Position numbers and translations under genes: made by a program
NCBI GenBank assembly: GCA_946615965.1
Contig: CAMOIC010000004.1
Coordinates: 1-62,892, forward strand
Direction: 5' to 3'
DNA: 62,892 nt
Origin: an uncultured Clostridia bacterium
Lineage (GTDB): Bacteria; Bacillota; Clostridia; Christensenellales; UBA3700
The notes under the pieces: model-generated
What the model was told of the DNA's origin: nothing
The model's input: only the letters and a program-made list of their open reading frames with translations
Databases searched by the model: none
In this document: positions 61,012 through 62,892 of the stretch, piece by piece
How the letters are laid out: every line of letters begins with the position of its first letter
How positions within the stretch are numbered: the stretch's first letter is position 1

Positions 61012-62733
61012 TTATTTATTTGCTTTCTTAGCAGCTCTTTCTGCCTTAGCATCAGCAAGAACCTTCTCAGCTTCTTCCTTAGCCTTAGCCTTCTTAGCAT
61101 TGATTTCAGCCATTTGAGCCTTAGCCTTTTCAAGACCTTCAGCCTTAGCTTGCTTATGCTTTACATCGTATTCAGCGATTTGATCCTTGATGTTTCCAAG
61201 TTCCTTAACCATCTTAAATACATCATCGAATCTATTTAATGCATCGTCGATAACTTCATCTGTATCAGCCATAGATGTATATAATCTTGATCCAGCAAGT
61301 GTAACGATACCATTAGCCATATAAGCAGCTCCCATGTGTTCCATAGCTTCTTTTCTTACCATCATCATGCTCTTCTTAGATAATGCCTTAACAACATTTA
61401 AGATGTTCATTGAAGAGAAGTCGAAGCTCATAGCACCTGAACACTCTAAGTGACAGATAGAACCTTGGTTGTAAGCAACATATGGTAACTTGTAATCCTT
61501 GATTAATGATTCAAGACCCTTTGTTAATCTATCACCAGCAAGACCTGCCTTTACGCAAGCATTGTTCTTAGCGATTTCTTTCATACATACATAACCAGCC
61601 ATAGATGATAGAGGGTTAGCAGCAAGTGTACCACCAACATAAGCCTTCTTCATTAAGCCACCTACACCAGCAGCCATTAAGTCAACATATTCTCTCTTAC
61701 CACCAACACCACCGGCAGCTGGGTAACCACCAGCAACAATCTTACCGAATACTGTTAAATCTGGTTGAATTCCGAATAAACCTTGAGCACCGCCAAGACC
61801 AACTCTGAAACCTGTAACTACTTCGTCGAAGATTAATAATGCACCGTACTTATCGCAAAGAGCTCTAACTTGCTTGTTGTAGTTCCAAGCAACTGGTCTT
61901 GTACCTGATTCTGGACCAACTGGCTCGATAAGGATAGCAGCTGTACCGCCTCTCATTTCGTTAAGCTTTAAGTACTTTTCCATCATTTCGATATCATCTG
62001 GTCTAACTTCATCAACGATTGAGTGAATCTTTGATGGGATACCATAAGACTCTAAGAAGTTTCTTGTTCCTGGAATCTTTAGACCATAAACTAATTGATC
62101 TGACCAACCATGGTAAGCACCACCAACTTTGATGATTCTCTTCTTACCTGTTGCGCATCTTGCAATACGGATAGCAGCCATGTCAGCTTCTGTACCAGAA
62201 CCTAACATACGGAACTTTTCAACATATGGCATATGCTTGTTGATTTCTTTTGCGATTAATAATTCAGCTTCATGGAATAAACCTGTAACTGGACCGCATT
62301 CCTTGATAAGCTTAATAGCTTCTTCTTGAACAGCTGGGAAATTGCTTCCTAAGATTGTTGGACCACCAGCTTGTAAGAAGTCGATGTACTTATTTCCATC
62401 AGCGTCATATAAATAAGCTCCATCTGCCTTTGTCATGCACATTGGGAATGGCTTATTAAAAGCTAAATTGTGTTGAACACCACCTGGGATAAAGTTCTTA
62501 GCTTCTGCTGTAACTTTCTTTGACTTTGAACATTTAGCTTCATAATAATCCTTAACGATGTCATTTTCATAAACATCCTTTGGAATAGCAAACACGTTCT
62601 TATCTGTTAATTCTTTTAAAGCGCCTCTGACATCATCAGGTTCTGCCCAACGAGTAACACCGTACTCAGAAGATGCATCCTTGTATTCAGGACCCTTACG
62701 TAAATCTTCAACTTGTGTATACTTGATTTCCAT
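61012..62733 (-). CDS. Class III PLP-dependent aminotransferase (GSA-aminomutase-like fold) with Lys/Ala-rich C-terminal tail
   Basis: SGTEA; AYHGWSD; LIFDEVVTGFR; PDLTVFGK (PLP Lys); GGTLAANP. Confidence 0.88.
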   Translation of the reverse strand: MEIKYTQVEDLRKGPEYKDASSEYGVTRWAEPDDVRGALKELTDKNVFAIPKDVYENDIVKDYYEAKCSKSKKVTAEAKNFIPGGVQHNLAFNKPFPMCMTKADGAYLYDADGNKYIDFLQAGGPTILGSNFPAVQEEAIKLIKECGPVTGLFHEAELLIAKEINKHMPYVEKFRMLGSGTEADMAAIRIARCATGKKRIIKVGGAYHGWSDQLVYGLKIPGTRNFLESYGIPSKIHSIVDEVRPDDIEMMEKYLKLNEMRGGTAAILIEPVGPESGTRPVAWNYNKQVRALCDKYGALLIFDEVVTGFRVGLGGAQGLFGIQPDLTVFGKIVAGGYPAAGGVGGKREYVDLMAAGVGGLMKKAYVGGTLAANPLSSMAGYVCMKEIAKNNACVKAGLAGDRLTKGLESLIKDYKLPYVAYNQGSICHLECSGAMSFDFSSMNILNVVKALSKKSMMMVRKEAMEHMGAAYMANGIVTLAGSRLYTSMADTDEVIDDALNRFDDVFKMVKELGNIKDQIAEYDVKHKQAKAEGLEKAKAQMAEINAKKAKAKEEAEKVLADAKAERAAKKANK

Positions 62734-62770
62734 AATATTTTCTCCTTAATTTATATTTTCACTAAAATCA

Positions 62771-62800
62771 ATTTTACCAAACTGTTACATAGAGTGTCAA
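62771..62800 (-). promoter_or_regulatory. SigA-type promoter of the aminotransferase cluster
   Basis: TTGACA-18 bp-TAAAAT, with a TGn extension. Confidence 0.6.
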
Positions 62801-62892
62801 TATTATATTTTTTAAATATAAGGAAACTTGCAAATTACCTAAATTATCTTTTTTAAATCCGCAAACGAAAAATAATCCAAATAAAGTCCGCT

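Noticed and set aside
131-62329. Many short ORFs antisense to or nested within long genes (e.g. 131-400, 5786-6238, 43112-43561, 56519-56950)
   Set aside because: They are shadow frames of well-supported genes, with no SD or recognisable motifs.
61012-62733. hemL (glutamate-1-semialdehyde aminomutase) assignment
   Set aside because: The fold is similar, but the context is sugar catabolism with no tetrapyrrole genes, and the protein has atypical extensions.
1-62892. CRISPR arrays, tRNA/rRNA, IS elements, alternative genetic code
   Set aside because: Intergenic gaps are short with no spaced repeat arrays. No transposase or integrase is present. TGA, TAG and TAA all end genes at expected positions.

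Overview
AT-rich bacterial chromosome segment (about 30-33% GC by eye; standard genetic code). It looks like a Firmicute/Clostridia-type anaerobe: sigH, mrnC, lipoprotein-type PotD, SigA-like promoters, no outer-membrane genes in the window. Housekeeping genes include gap, class II fba, potABCD with an XRE-cupin regulator, a DEAD-box helicase, signal peptidase I, rlmB, sigH and mrnC. Three accessory blocks stand out. (1) A toxin-antitoxin-chaperone module (MqsR-like/MqsA-like/SecB-like) with a palindromic operator at the left edge. (2) A ~23 kb apparent operon directly downstream of an OmpR-family two-component system. It encodes a 3514-aa lipoprotein with five repeats of an unassigned module plus Ig-like repeats, two paralogous ~2000-aa membrane-anchored adhesin-like proteins, and a small lipoprotein. 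(3) An aminotransferase-kinase-double aldolase catabolic cluster of unknown substrate. Smaller oddities are a PotA with an internally duplicated insertion, an XRE-acyltransferase fusion, a likely pseudo-esterase, several apparently leaderless genes and a rearranged mrnC/rlmB/sigH locus. No rRNA, tRNA, CRISPR array, integrase or transposase was seen. All family calls are from motif recognition by eye, not database searches.
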